From Polyangiales bacterium (GTDB taxonomy: Bacteria; Myxococcota_A; Polyangia; Polyangiales; JADJQN01), in NCBI GenBank assembly GCA_964202905.1, contig CAXNJO010000001.1:480001-544000 (forward strand): a stretch of DNA of 64,000 nucleotides, given 5' to 3'. The notes under the pieces were generated by a model that saw only the letters and a list, made by a program, of their open reading frames with translations, was not told the DNA's origin and did no database searches. Each line of letters starts with the position of its first letter. Within the stretch, counting starts at the first letter, position 1. A program made the translations under genes and the position numbers. Shown here piece by piece: positions 42,894-53,094 of the stretch.

Positions 42894-44759
42894 TCAGCCG
42901 CCCGTCTCGGTGGCGAGGGAGCGGATCTTCAGCTCGACGAGCTGCTCGGCGCTCACCTTGTCGGGGGCGCCCGTCATCGCGTCGGTCGCGCGTGCCGTCT
43001 TGGGGAAGGCGATCACGTCGCGCAGCGACTCCGCGTCGGTGAGCAGCATCGAGAGGCGGTCCCAGCCAAGCGCGATGCCGCCGTGGGGCGGCGCGCCCAT
43101 CTTGAGCGCGTCGAGCAGGAAGCCGAACTTCTGCCGCGCCTCCTCGTCCCGGATGCCGAGCACCGCGAACACGCGGCTCTGCACCTCGGGGTCGTGCAGG
43201 CGGATCGAGCCGCCGCCGATCTCGAAGCCGTTGAGCACGAGGTCGTAGCGGTAGCAGAGCACCTTGCCGGGATCGCTCTCGAGGATCGCCACGCTCGCGT
43301 CGTGCGGCCGCGTGAACGGGTGGTGCGCGGCGGCCCAGGTCTTGGCCTCCTCGTCGTAGTCGAAGAGCGGCGGCTCGACGACCCAGAGGAAGTTCCACGT
43401 GCCGCCCGAGCCCGACTCGGGGATGAGCCCGAGCTTCTTGCCGAGGTGGACGCGCAGGTTCGCCATGACGGTGTGCACCATCGCGGCGCTGCCGAACTGC
43501 AGGAGGAGCAGGTCGCCCTCCTTCGCGTCGCAGGCCGCGTTCACGGCCTCGCGGAAGGCGGGCGTCGCGCTCTTCGCGAGCGGGCTCTGCACCCACTCGC
43601 CGCCCGCGCCGAGCTTCGCGCGGGCGAGGCCCTTGCTGCCCATGCTCTTCACGTAGGACTCGAGCTTGTCGGCCTCGGTGCGTGAGAGGTTGGCGCTCGC
43701 CGGGACGACGATCGCCTTCACGATCTGCGGCGGGAGATCGCGGCGGTACTCGCCCGACACGTACTTCTGCGCGAGCGGCTCGAGCATCGGGATGCCGCCG
43801 CCGCCGTGCTCGATGACGAGCTCGGTGAGGTCGATGTGCTCCATGCCGAAGCGCATGTCCGGCTTGTCGTTGCCGAAGCGGCGCATCGACTCGTCGTACG
43901 CAAGCCGCGGGAAGCGCCCCTCGGGATAGAGCGTGAGGAGGTCGAGGCCGAGCGCCTCCTTCCACAGGCGGAAGATGAGACCTTCCATGATGGTGAAGAT
44001 GTCGTCCTGGTTGACGAACGACATCTCGACGTCGAGCTGCGTGAACTCGGGCTGGCGGTCGAGGCGCGAGTCCTCGTCGCGGAAACAGCGCACGATCTGG
44101 AAGTAGCGGTCGAAGCCCGCGACCATCAGCAGCTGCTTGAAGAGCTGCGGGCTCTCGGCGAGCGCGTAGAACTTGCCGGCGTGCTGCCGCGCGGGGACGA
44201 GGAAGTTCCGCGCGCCGCCGGGCGTGTACTTCACGAGGAAGGGCGTCTCGACCTCGAGGAAGCCCTGGTCGGTCATGTAGCTGCGCGTCGACTGCGAGAT
44301 CTGGTGCCGCGTGCGCAGGCTGCGCAGGAGCTTCGGGCGGCGCAGGTCGAGGTAGCGGTGCTCGAGGCGCTTCTCCTCGGCGGTGTCGGAGTCGTCGACG
44401 ATCTCGAAGGGCGGCGTCTCGCTCTTGTTGAAGACGACGGCCTCGCTCGCGACGACCTCGATCGCGCCGCTCGCGATGCGCGTGTTCCGCATCGCCCCGC
44501 GGTCGCGGACGGTGCCGCGCACGCCGAGCACCCACTCGCCGCGCGCGGCGTCTGCGGCCTCGAAAGCCGCGCGGTCGATGGACGGATCGAACATCACCTG
44601 CGCGATGCCTTCGCGGTCGCGCAGGTCGATGAAGATGCAGCCGCCGTGGTCGCGTCGGCCCTCGACCCAGCCGAAGAGGACGACCTCGTGTCCGATGTGC
44701 TGCTCGCGGAGCGCGCCCGCGTAGTGGGTGCGCTTGAGCTCGTCGATGAAACGCGCCAC
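42894..44759 (-). CDS. aspS: Aspartate-tRNA ligase (probably non-discriminating)
   Basis: RRDHGGCIFIDLRD, RYLDLRR, CFRDED, GGGSIR, PPHGGIALG; His in RDHGG is typical of ND-AspRS. Confidence 0.97.
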   Translation of the reverse strand: MARFIDELKRTHYAGALREQHIGHEVVLFGWVEGRRDHGGCIFIDLRDREGIAQVMFDPSIDRAAFEAADAARGEWVLGVRGTVRDRGAMRNTRIASGAIEVVASEAVVFNKSETPPFEIVDDSDTAEEKRLEHRYLDLRRPKLLRSLRTRHQISQSTRSYMTDQGFLEVETPFLVKYTPGGARNFLVPARQHAGKFYALAESPQLFKQLLMVAGFDRYFQIVRCFRDEDSRLDRQPEFTQLDVEMSFVNQDDIFTIMEGLIFRLWKEALGLDLLTLYPEGRFPRLAYDESMRRFGNDKPDMRFGMEHIDLTELVIEHGGGGIPMLEPLAQKYVSGEYRRDLPPQIVKAIVVPASANLSRTEADKLESYVKSMGSKGLARAKLGAGGEWVQSPLAKSATPAFREAVNAACDAKEGDLLLLQFGSAAMVHTVMANLRVHLGKKLGLIPESGSGGTWNFLWVVEPPLFDYDEEAKTWAAAHHPFTRPHDASVAILESDPGKVLCYRYDLVLNGFEIGGGSIRLHDPEVQSRVFAVLGIRDEEARQKFGFLLDALKMGAPPHGGIALGWDRLSMLLTDAESLRDVIAFPKTARATDAMTGAPDKVSAEQLVELKIRSLATETGG

Positions 44760-44939
44760 GGGAAAGCCTCCGGGAACGCCGCGCCTGCGCGCCTCGCGCA
44801 CGCCGCAGCATGAGCGGGGCAAGTTAGGCTCCCGCAACGCAGAGCGTCAAGAATGGCGCAGGCGCCGCGTGGTTCGCCTGCGCTGCGCGACGCGGCGCTT
44901 TCGTCGCGTGGATCGCGCGGCGTATCATCGCTGCCCCCG

Positions 44940-46403
44940 ATGCTGCCCTCCGTGCTCTTCGTCGCCTCCGAGTGCGCTCCCTTCGCGAAGGCCGGCGGCC
45001 TCGGCGACGTGGTCGGCGCGTTGCCCATCGCGCTCGCTGCGCTCGGCCACGACGTGCGCGTCGTGCTGCCGAAGTACGACGTGCTCAAGCCCGCCTCGAT
45101 GTGGCGCCACCCGGAGCCGCTCCCCGTGCCGCTCGGGGCGGGCGTCGCGTGGTGCGCCGTGTGGGAGTCGCGGCTGCCGGGCAGCGACGTCCCCGTGTAC
45201 TTCCTCGAGCACGACGCGCTCTTCGCCCGCGGCTACCTCTACGATCCGCCGCGCGGCTTCGCCGCTGACAACATGGTGCGTTTCGCGCTGCTCTCGCGCG
45301 GGGCCTTCGCGCTCGCGCGGCACCTCGACTTCACGCCGGACGTCTTCCACGCGCACGACTGGCCGAGCGCGCTCGTGCCGCTCTACACGAACACCGTCGA
45401 GCGCGGCACGCCGCTCGCCCGCGCCGCGTCGGTGCTCACGATCCACAACCTCGCGCACCAGGGCATCTCGCCGGAGCCGGACCTCTGGCGCACGCACGTC
45501 CCGCGCGAGTGTTTCCGCAGCGACGGCCTCGAGGATCAGGGCAACGTCAACCTGCTGAAGGGCGGGCTCTACCACGCGACGATGCTCACCACGGTCTCGC
45601 CGCGTTACGCCGAGGAGATCCGCACGAGCGAGCACGGCGCCGGGCTCGAGAGCGTCCTGCGCTTCCGCGCCGGCGACCTCGTCGGCGTGCTCAACGGGAT
45701 CGACACGCGCGCGTGGGATCCGGCGACCGATCCGCTGATCCCGGCGCACTACGACGCGAACGACCTCTCCGGCAAGGCGGCCTGCAAGCGCGCCTTGCAG
45801 GAGGAGCTCGGCCTCACGGTGCGCGACGACGTGCCGCTCCTCGGCGTCGTCTCGCGTCTCGGCCCGCAGAAGGGCACGGACGTGATCGCCGCCGCGGTGC
45901 CACAGCTGCTCGCGCTCGGCGCGCAGCTCGTCGTGCTCGGCTCGGGCGACGCGCGCACCGAGGACACGTTTCGCCGCTACAGCGCGGCGAGCCCCGGCGG
46001 ATTCCGCGCGCGCATCGGCTTCGACGAGACGCTCGCGCACCGCATCGAGGCCGCGTCGGACCTCTTCCTCATGCCGTCGCGCTTCGAGCCCTGCGGTCTC
46101 AATCAGCTCTACAGCATGCGCTACGGCACGCTGCCGATCGTGCGCGCGACGGGCGGCCTCGACGACACCGTGGCGCAGTGCGACGTGCGCACCGGCGAGG
46201 GCACCGGCTTCAAGTTGCACGACCTGGACGTGCGCTCGCTCGTCGAGACGACACGCTGGGCCGTGTCGGTGTGGCGCGATCAGCGCCCGCATTTCCGCGC
46301 GATGCAGTACCGCGCGATGCGCCAGGACTTCGGCTGGGAGCGCGCCGCGCTGCGCTACGGCGAGGTCTACCGCTGGGCGCTCGAGCGGCGCCGCGGGGCC
46401 TGA
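44940..46403 (+). CDS. glgA: Glycogen synthase (GT5)
   Basis: PFAKAGGLGDV, HAHDW, TIHNLAHQG, MPSRFEPCGLNQ, TGGLDDTV. Confidence 0.96.
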   Translation: MLPSVLFVASECAPFAKAGGLGDVVGALPIALAALGHDVRVVLPKYDVLKPASMWRHPEPLPVPLGAGVAWCAVWESRLPGSDVPVYFLEHDALFARGYLYDPPRGFAADNMVRFALLSRGAFALARHLDFTPDVFHAHDWPSALVPLYTNTVERGTPLARAASVLTIHNLAHQGISPEPDLWRTHVPRECFRSDGLEDQGNVNLLKGGLYHATMLTTVSPRYAEEIRTSEHGAGLESVLRFRAGDLVGVLNGIDTRAWDPATDPLIPAHYDANDLSGKAACKRALQEELGLTVRDDVPLLGVVSRLGPQKGTDVIAAAVPQLLALGAQLVVLGSGDARTEDTFRRYSAASPGGFRARIGFDETLAHRIEAASDLFLMPSRFEPCGLNQLYSMRYGTLPIVRATGGLDDTVAQCDVRTGEGTGFKLHDLDVRSLVETTRWAVSVWRDQRPHFRAMQYRAMRQDFGWERAALRYGEVYRWALERRRGA

Positions 46404-46421
46404 CGTCGCGCCTCCGGGACG

Positions 46422-47987
46422 CTACGTCCCGAGCGCCGCGCGCACCTGCGTCGCGAGCGCGCGCACGCTGAACGGCTTGGCGAGGAAGGCCGCGCTGCGC
46501 TGGTCGACCCACTCCTGCACGCGCGGGTCGTCGGGGCGCCCGGAGATGAGCAGCACGCGCGTCTCGAGCCGCTCCGCGCAGACCCGCGCCGCGAGCTCCG
46601 GCCCGAGGATGCCGGGGAGCAGGACATCCGCGACGAGCAGGTGGATGGGCCCGGGGTGTGCGCGCGCGACCTGCTCGGCGTGCGTCCCGTCGACGGCCTC
46701 GAGCACGTCGTAGCCCTGCCTGCGCAGCGTGCGGACCGTCAGCGAGCGCACGGCCGCGTCGTCGTCGACGACGAGCACCGTCTCGTGGCCCTCGGGGAGC
46801 GGCGCGCGCGAGGGGAGCGGGGTCTCGGTGCCGCGCCCGACAGACGCGTGCACCGGGAGCGCGATGCGGAACGTCGTGCCGACGCCCTGGGTGCTCTCGA
46901 CGTGGATGGAGCCACCGCACTGGCTCACGATGCCGTACGCCGTCGCGAGCCCGAGGCCGTTGCCCGTCGCCTTGGTCGTGTAGAAAGGCTCGAAGATGTG
47001 CGCGGCGACGTCGGGTGGCATGCCGGTGCCGTCGTCGCTCAGCTCGAGGATCACCGTGCCCGTGTCGTCGTGCGCGCCGTCGCGGGTGCGAAGCTGCACG
47101 ACACCACCTTTGGGCATGGCATCGCGCGCGTTGATCACGAGGTTCATGAGCACCTGCGCGACGAAGCGATCGGCGTCGATGCGCACGTTGTCCTCGCGCG
47201 CGCGAAGCTCCACGACGAACTGGATGCCCGGGCCGAGCACCCGCGCGAGCAGCGGCTGCGCGCGTCGCACGACGTCGCCGAGGCGCGTGGGGCGTGGCTC
47301 GACGATCTGCTGCCGCGCGAAGGTGAGCAGCTGCTGCGCGATCGCCGCCCCGCGCACCGCGGCGTCGCGCACCTCGGTGAGCAGCTCGCGGAGATCGTCG
47401 TGGTCCGCGACGAGCGGGGTCTCGAGCGCGATGTCCGCGTTGCCGAGCACCGCGGTGAGCAGGTTGTTGAAGTCGTGCGCGACGGCGCCCGCGAGGCGGC
47501 CGAGGCTCTCCATGCGCCCCGCTTGCTGGAGCTGCGCCTCCATGCGCTTCCGCTCGCGGAGATCGCGCGCGATCGTCGAGAAGAAGATCGCCTCGCCGCT
47601 CGAGGCGCGGTGCACGCTCACGACCTGCGAGGCGGGGATCTCCTCGCCGCTCTGCGCGAGAAACGCCGTCTCGCCGCTCCACTGTCCCGTGAGGATCGCG
47701 GCCGGGATCGCTTCGTCGCGCACGCGTTCGGCCGCCCAGCGCGGGTGCAGCACGCTCGCGCGGATGCGCGTGACGTCTGCCTCGGGCGCGACCCCGAGCA
47801 GGCGCCGCCCCGCGCCGTTGAGGTAGACGAGGTGCCCGCCGAGCTCCGTCAGCGTGACGACGTCGCTCGTCGCCTCGATGATGCCGAGCAGGCGGTCGCG
47901 CTCGTCGCGTGTCGCGCGGGCTGCGGCGCGGAGCTGCGCGACCTCGGCCTCGAGCTGCGCGGTCCGCCCTGCGTCGCTCTCGGTCAC
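46422..47987 (-). CDS. Cytoplasmic PAS hybrid sensor histidine kinase
   Basis: PAS/PAC, AHDFNNLL, NLVINARDAM, DDGTG, FEPFYTTK, GLGL, receiver VVDDD...AD...KPF. Confidence 0.95.
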   Translation of the reverse strand: MTESDAGRTAQLEAEVAQLRAAARATRDERDRLLGIIEATSDVVTLTELGGHLVYLNGAGRRLLGVAPEADVTRIRASVLHPRWAAERVRDEAIPAAILTGQWSGETAFLAQSGEEIPASQVVSVHRASSGEAIFFSTIARDLRERKRMEAQLQQAGRMESLGRLAGAVAHDFNNLLTAVLGNADIALETPLVADHDDLRELLTEVRDAAVRGAAIAQQLLTFARQQIVEPRPTRLGDVVRRAQPLLARVLGPGIQFVVELRAREDNVRIDADRFVAQVLMNLVINARDAMPKGGVVQLRTRDGAHDDTGTVILELSDDGTGMPPDVAAHIFEPFYTTKATGNGLGLATAYGIVSQCGGSIHVESTQGVGTTFRIALPVHASVGRGTETPLPSRAPLPEGHETVLVVDDDAAVRSLTVRTLRRQGYDVLEAVDGTHAEQVARAHPGPIHLLVADVLLPGILGPELAARVCAERLETRVLLISGRPDDPRVQEWVDQRSAAFLAKPFSVRALATQVRAALGT

Positions 47988-48048
47988 GCGGCGACTCTAC
48001 CGACGTCGCCGCCGATGTAAACCACGCGCGCCGCGCGCGGCGTCACCC

Positions 48049-49839
48049 TCAGCGCGCGAGCGCGCGCGCGACGGCGTCCCGAAACACCGAGAGCGGCTGC
48101 GCGCCCTGCACCGCGCGGCCGTTCACGAAGCAGGTGGGCGTGCCCATCGAGAGGCCCGTCGCGTCGGCCGCGGCGATGTCGGCGTCGATCGCGGGTCCGT
48201 GCACGTGCGTGTCGAGCGCGCGGGCGAAGCGCGCGCCGTCGAGCCCGAGCTCACGCGCGTATCGCTCGAGCGAGGCGCGGTCGAGGGCGCGCGGGTTCTC
48301 GAAGAGCTTCTCGTGCATCTGCCAGAACATGCCGTCGCCGCCCTGCGCCTGCGCCTCGAGCGCGGCCTCGGCCGCGAGGCGCGCGTCCGCGTGGAAGGGC
48401 AGCGGGTAGTTGCGCCAGACGACACGGACGCGGCCCGGATTCTCTGCGAGCACGGCCTCGAGCGTGGGCTTGAGGCGCGCGCAGAACGGACATTGGAAGT
48501 CGCTGAAGAGCGCGATCGTCACGGGCGCCGACGCGCTGCCGAGGCTCGGCGCGCCGAGGCGCTGCTTGACCGTGTAGAGGCGATCGGCGTCGGGGGCGTC
48601 CGCGCCCTGCGCCGCGGAAGGCGGGTCGTCCGCGGTGCCCTGCCCGAAGGTGGGGGGATCGTCCGCGGTGCCCTGCCCGAAGGTGGGGGGATCGTCCGCG
48701 GTGCCGGATTCGACGGGCGGTGGGTCGTCCGCGGTGCCGGACACGACGGGCGGATCCGGCGACGGGAGCAGCGACTCTCCGTCCGCCAAGAGGAGCGCGG
48801 CCACGGCCAGCATGCCGGCGGGAAGCAGCAGGCAGGTCGTCAGCACGACGATGAGCGCGACGACCCACGCCCAGCGCGCGCCGCGCTTCGGCTTCTCCGC
48901 GCCCGACAGCGGAGGCCGCAGGGCGCCGTCGTTCACGAGGGGCGCGGGGCCGTGTCGCTGCGGGCCGCCGTGGCCGCTCGACCCGGGCGCCGCCGCGGGC
49001 TGCGCCGGGGGCGCCGGGGCGAGGGCGCGGTCGAGCGCCTCGCGCATCTCCTTCGCGCCCATCGGGCGCAGGCCGGGGTCGACCGAGAGCGCGCGCTCGA
49101 CGAGGGCGGAGACAGCCGGTGGCGTCTGCGGCGCGACCTCCCCGAGCGGTGCGCGCGGGCTACCGGGCGCGGACCCCGCGACCAACTCGTAGAAGATCGC
49201 GGCGACCGAGAAGGTGTCGGCCGCGGGCGTCAGCCAGGCCGAGCTCCGCGCCTGCTCGGGCGAAACGTAGGGCGAGACCGCCTCGGCCGCGATCGCCCGC
49301 GGCAGCCCGAAGTCGAGGATGCGCACGCCCTCGCGTCCGTCTGCCTCCCGCACCAGCACCACGTCGTCCGGCTCGAGGCCGCGGTGCACGTCGCCCGCGG
49401 CGTGCGCGGGCGCGAGCGCGTCGAGCAGCCGCGTGACGATCGCCACGGCCTCACGCGGCGTCACCCGCCCGCGCGCGATCCGCGTGCGCAGCGACTCGCC
49501 CTCGAACGGCTCGTGCGCGATCCAGAACGCGCCGAGCGCCGCATCGACACCCGCTGCGCGCGGCCGCGCGATCCCCTCGCCCGGGAGCCGCGCCGTCCGC
49601 GCGGTGCGCGCCTCGAGCTCCTGCGCGAGCGCCAGATCGGCCGCGAGCGCGCTCGGCACGACCTCGAGCGTGACGTCGCGCCCGTCCTGCGCGTCGCGGG
49701 CCGCGTAGAGAAAGCCGCGCCCGCACGGCGCGACGGTGCGGGCGATCTCGAAGCGCCCCGCGACGAGGGTCGACGGGTCGAGCGGACGGGGCGATGCCGG
49801 GGGCGCGGCAGGAACGAAGCTCGGATCGGGGGGAAGCAT
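48049..49839 (-). CDS. Ser/Thr pseudokinase - TM - DsbA (CPFC) fusion
   Basis: Kinase-like subdomains (HRGLEPDDV, ILDFG, YVSPEQ, ADTFSVAAIFYEL, DPGLRP), TM helix, GTADDPP repeats, FSDFQCPFC...GTPT.FVNG. Confidence 0.88.
   Translation of the reverse strand: MLPPDPSFVPAAPPASPRPLDPSTLVAGRFEIARTVAPCGRGFLYAARDAQDGRDVTLEVVPSALAADLALAQELEARTARTARLPGEGIARPRAAGVDAALGAFWIAHEPFEGESLRTRIARGRVTPREAVAIVTRLLDALAPAHAAGDVHRGLEPDDVVLVREADGREGVRILDFGLPRAIAAEAVSPYVSPEQARSSAWLTPAADTFSVAAIFYELVAGSAPGSPRAPLGEVAPQTPPAVSALVERALSVDPGLRPMGAKEMREALDRALAPAPPAQPAAAPGSSGHGGPQRHGPAPLVNDGALRPPLSGAEKPKRGARWAWVVALIVVLTTCLLLPAGMLAVAALLLADGESLLPSPDPPVVSGTADDPPPVESGTADDPPTFGQGTADDPPTFGQGTADDPPSAAQGADAPDADRLYTVKQRLGAPSLGSASAPVTIALFSDFQCPFCARLKPTLEAVLAENPGRVRVVWRNYPLPFHADARLAAEAALEAQAQGGDGMFWQMHEKLFENPRALDRASLERYARELGLDGARFARALDTHVHGPAIDADIAAADATGLSMGTPTCFVNGRAVQGAQPLSVFRDAVARALAR
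48628..48705. repeat. 33-bp intragenic tandem repeat (GTADDPPTFGQ linker)
   Basis: GTCCGCGGTGCCCTGCCCGAAGGTGGGGGGATC at 48628 and 48661, with degenerate flanking copies. Confidence 0.9.
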
Positions 49840-50136
49840 GGGCCTCGCTCGGCAAGGGTGGCGCGCGCAGCATCGCGCAGTCGCGGCGTCGCCTCAACTC
49901 GCTCCGACCGGCAGAAAGCGGTTGGTGCGTCGCCAAGCGCGGCCGACCGCCGACCCCGGCGCCTCGTCGTGCGATGCATGCCACCGCGCCATTGCGTGCC
50001 ACTTTGTGCGGGGCTGCTCCGGTGGCGTGCGGCCCCCCCCTCCCGGCGGATATGTCCAAGCATTGGACACCCATCATGTTTTTCCCGTTTCTCGGGTCTT
50101 GCGGGATTGGCACAAGTCGTGCTGCCTCGACGCCGC

Positions 50137-51480
50137 ATGACTCTCCCTCGTCTCGCCACACTCGCCGCCGTGCCGCTCGCCCTCTCTGCGTGCGCGTCCC
50201 CTGAGGATCCGCCTCCCGCGCTCGACGACGCGCCGTCCTACGTCTTCTCCGTGACGGGTGGGACCGTGAGCGGCGAGAGCGCCCGACTGCTCGGCGGCGA
50301 TGGGCGTTCCGGCGCGATCGGCCAGACCTTCCGTGTCGACTTCGCCGAGGAGGGTGGCCGGGCGCGTGCGCGGATCACGCCTCGCTGGGGAAGGACGACC
50401 TCCTACGACGTGACCGCGCGAGACGGGCGGGTCTCGCTCGTGCCGACGAACGAGGGCGACACCGCCACCCTCGCTGGTCGGAGCACGTTTGCGCGCTCCT
50501 CGACGGAGCTGTCACTCATCACGCTCGACGGTCGCCTCGCGGACGGGGTCGCGCGAGTCGGCGGTCTCGGCGAGTTCCAGGGTGACGAGTTGCTCACGTC
50601 GGGCGACGTCGTCGCGATGGGGGCGGCCATGGGAGCGCTCGCGGGCGCGCCCGATGACGAGGCGCCGGAGCTTCGGCTCGAATTTGATACGCGCCGGGGC
50701 GGTCTGCTCCCGTGGAGCGATGCGACGGTGGCCTTCGCGGAGCCGGTCGCGCTCGCGGCGGTGCGTGAGCGGCTCACGGGTGTGCCGGAGGACACGATGC
50801 TGACCGACGATCCATCGACCTCGCGTGTGCGCCTCTCGCGTGCGGGCTGGTGGCCGGCCGGCGATCTGCGGGTCGTCGTCGACGCGGGATATCCCGACCT
50901 CGCGGGCAACGTCGGGGCCTCGGTGATGGGGGGCGGCAGGGTCCTCGATGCGGCACCGGCCGAGCGCCTCGAGCTCGAGGCTGAATCGGAATCGGTGATC
51001 TGGGACGGTGCGCAACGTGGCGCCCCCACGGGCACGAGCTGCGAGGACGGCACCGCCGATGGCTGCGTCGCGGTGGTCCGTCGTTCGAACGACTTCATGC
51101 GCTGCGGCGAAGCGGGCGGCCTCTTCGTGCGCGTGCGGCGGGCGACGCCCTTCCGCACGGTGCGCGTGCGCGCGCGTCTGCTGATGCCCGAGGGCGGGTC
51201 GCTGTTCGACGGCGCGAACAGCCTCGGCGTCGAGGCCGCGGGTGAGAACACACGCGCGGCCGTCGTCTCGGCGACGCCGATCGCGCCGACGGAGAACCCG
51301 ACGCCGTTCGACTCGGGCTGGCGCGACATCGACGTGGATCTCGGTGCGGACGTCACGAGCGTCGGGGCCGCGCTCGGGCTGAACGGCTATTCATTCTGTC
51401 GCGGCAGCGTGGGTGGCGGACCACCCGTTGCCGTGCTCCCCGCGGCGACCCTGCTCGTCGAGTCCGTCGCCGCGCGCTGA
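50137..51480 (+). CDS. Hypothetical lipoprotein with Ig-like segment
   Basis: Lipobox LSAC; FAEPV...DLAGN Ig-like motif; only the C-terminal part of the 1208-aa track ORF. Confidence 0.75.
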   Translation: MTLPRLATLAAVPLALSACASPEDPPPALDDAPSYVFSVTGGTVSGESARLLGGDGRSGAIGQTFRVDFAEEGGRARARITPRWGRTTSYDVTARDGRVSLVPTNEGDTATLAGRSTFARSSTELSLITLDGRLADGVARVGGLGEFQGDELLTSGDVVAMGAAMGALAGAPDDEAPELRLEFDTRRGGLLPWSDATVAFAEPVALAAVRERLTGVPEDTMLTDDPSTSRVRLSRAGWWPAGDLRVVVDAGYPDLAGNVGASVMGGGRVLDAAPAERLELEAESESVIWDGAQRGAPTGTSCEDGTADGCVAVVRRSNDFMRCGEAGGLFVRVRRATPFRTVRVRARLLMPEGGSLFDGANSLGVEAAGENTRAAVVSATPIAPTENPTPFDSGWRDIDVDLGADVTSVGAALGLNGYSFCRGSVGGGPPVAVLPAATLLVESVAAR

Positions 51481-51512
51481 CGGCGTCGCGCAGCCCCGCG
51501 AGCATGCAGCGC

Positions 51513-52349
51513 ATGCGACCCGCTGCTTCGACATCCACCGCGTCGTGCTCTCGTCGACCGCCCGCGCCCCCGCGCCGCCGGTCGCAGCGCGCGTCGCGGT
51601 CGTCGAGCCCTTCGCGGCAGGCGGCGGGGTTGGCGAGCACCTCGCGCTGCGACCCGCGGAGAACGCGCGCGTGCTCGTGCCCTGGGACGACTTCGCGCGC
51701 ACGAGCTTCACGCTCGCGCTGCTCGCGCGCTTCACGCCCGAGACGCTTCGGTGCCGCGCGATCCACGTGCTGCGCATGATCGGCCGTTGGGAGCGGGTGC
51801 TCACGCGCGCGGGCCTCACGTTCGCGGGCGTGACCTTCCCGCTCGACGGCGCCGACGCCGCGGGCTTTCCCCACGACCTCGCCGGACACCTTCACCACGT
51901 CGCCTCCACCGTCGACGCCCCGGCGCGAGGTCTTGGCATCACAAAGGGTGGTCATTGTCCTGCCGAATGGACGAGGCCGGGCGCGGTGGAGACCGGCGCC
52001 GGCCTCTACGTCGGCGACCGCGACGAGGCCGAGGACGCGGACGGCTGCGAGACCGCGGCCGGTCATGCGCGCGTCGTGCGCACCGAGCGCCCCACCCACG
52101 CCGCCCCCGGCGACCACGCGCGCTTCACGTCCCTGCTCGGCTGCGCCCGACTTGCCGCGTGCGGGTGGGTCCGCCTCGACGGCGTGCGCGGCGTCGCGGC
52201 GGGTTGGGACGAGGTCGCCCTCGGCCCCCACGTGCCCGCGCTTCGCGCCCTCGCGGGCCGATCTCGAGACCGACGCCGCGCGCCTCGTCGCCTCACCCGC
52301 TTGCTTCACCGACGCGCTCGACTGCGGAGCCTGCGACCCGACGCCGTGA
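51513..52349 (+). pseudogene. Possible frameshifted or degenerate CDS of unknown function
   Basis: Coding-like GC3 bias in the frame CFDIHRVVL...PALRALAG with no nearby in-frame ATG; apparent shift near 52260 into DLETDAARLVASPACF...stop 52349. Confidence 0.35.
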
Positions 52350-52490
52350 AGCGCGGCCGGTTCCGCGATGGCATCGCCGTTCGAGACTTCGGCCGGAAGC
52401 TTGCGCGGGGCGGGGTTCTCTTGCGACAATCCGGGGGCGACGCGGGACGGCGCGGTGAGCGCGCGGACCCTGGAAGGACTCGAGGAGACC

Positions 52491-53024
52491 ATGGCGGCCA
52501 AGGAAATCGTCTGCGCGATGTGCGGCTTCAAGAACGCGGCGAACCTGGCGCGCTGCGTCTCGTGCGGCGCGAAGCTCGAGGCGCACTCGGCGGTGGACTA
52601 CACGGAGGAGGAGGCCGCAGCGCGTCGGCACCAGCAGGAGACCTTCGAGTGGAAGTGGGCGCTGATGGCGTTCGGCATCTACCTCGTCCTGCAGGTGCTC
52701 GTGATCGGCCTGCTGCCGCTCGTCATCTCCTCCTACGACCCGCAGGGACTCGCGGGGCTCGGGATCTCGGTCGCCGTGTGGTTCATCGGCGGCACGGTCG
52801 TGGGCTTCGTCTCGCCCGGCAAGACCTTCATCGAGCCCGCGGTCGGCGCGCTCATCGCAGTCGTGCCCACGGTCGGCTACCTGATGTTCATCACGCCCGA
52901 GGGCTTCGAGCCGACCTTCCTCGCCTACCTCATCGGCGGGCTGATCGGCGCGATGATCTCACTCTTCGGCGCGTTCCTCGGCGAGAAGCTGCAGCTCACC
53001 GTGCGCGGGCCGCGCAAGGCCTGA
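52491..53024 (+). CDS. Zinc-ribbon 4-TM membrane protein
   Basis: CAMC...CVSC, then four hydrophobic helices; SD GAGGAG. Confidence 0.85.
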   Translation: MAAKEIVCAMCGFKNAANLARCVSCGAKLEAHSAVDYTEEEAAARRHQQETFEWKWALMAFGIYLVLQVLVIGLLPLVISSYDPQGLAGLGISVAVWFIGGTVVGFVSPGKTFIEPAVGALIAVVPTVGYLMFITPEGFEPTFLAYLIGGLIGAMISLFGAFLGEKLQLTVRGPRKA

Positions 53025-53094
53025 CGGCGGCGCTGCGTGATCGAGGCGGCGCTGCGTGACCGAGGCCGCGCCCCCTCGTGTCGGCGAGCGGTGA

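Noticed and set aside
43392..43405. parS-like GTTCCACGTG
   Set aside because: Only part of the palindrome and inside aspS; no full parS noticed in the window
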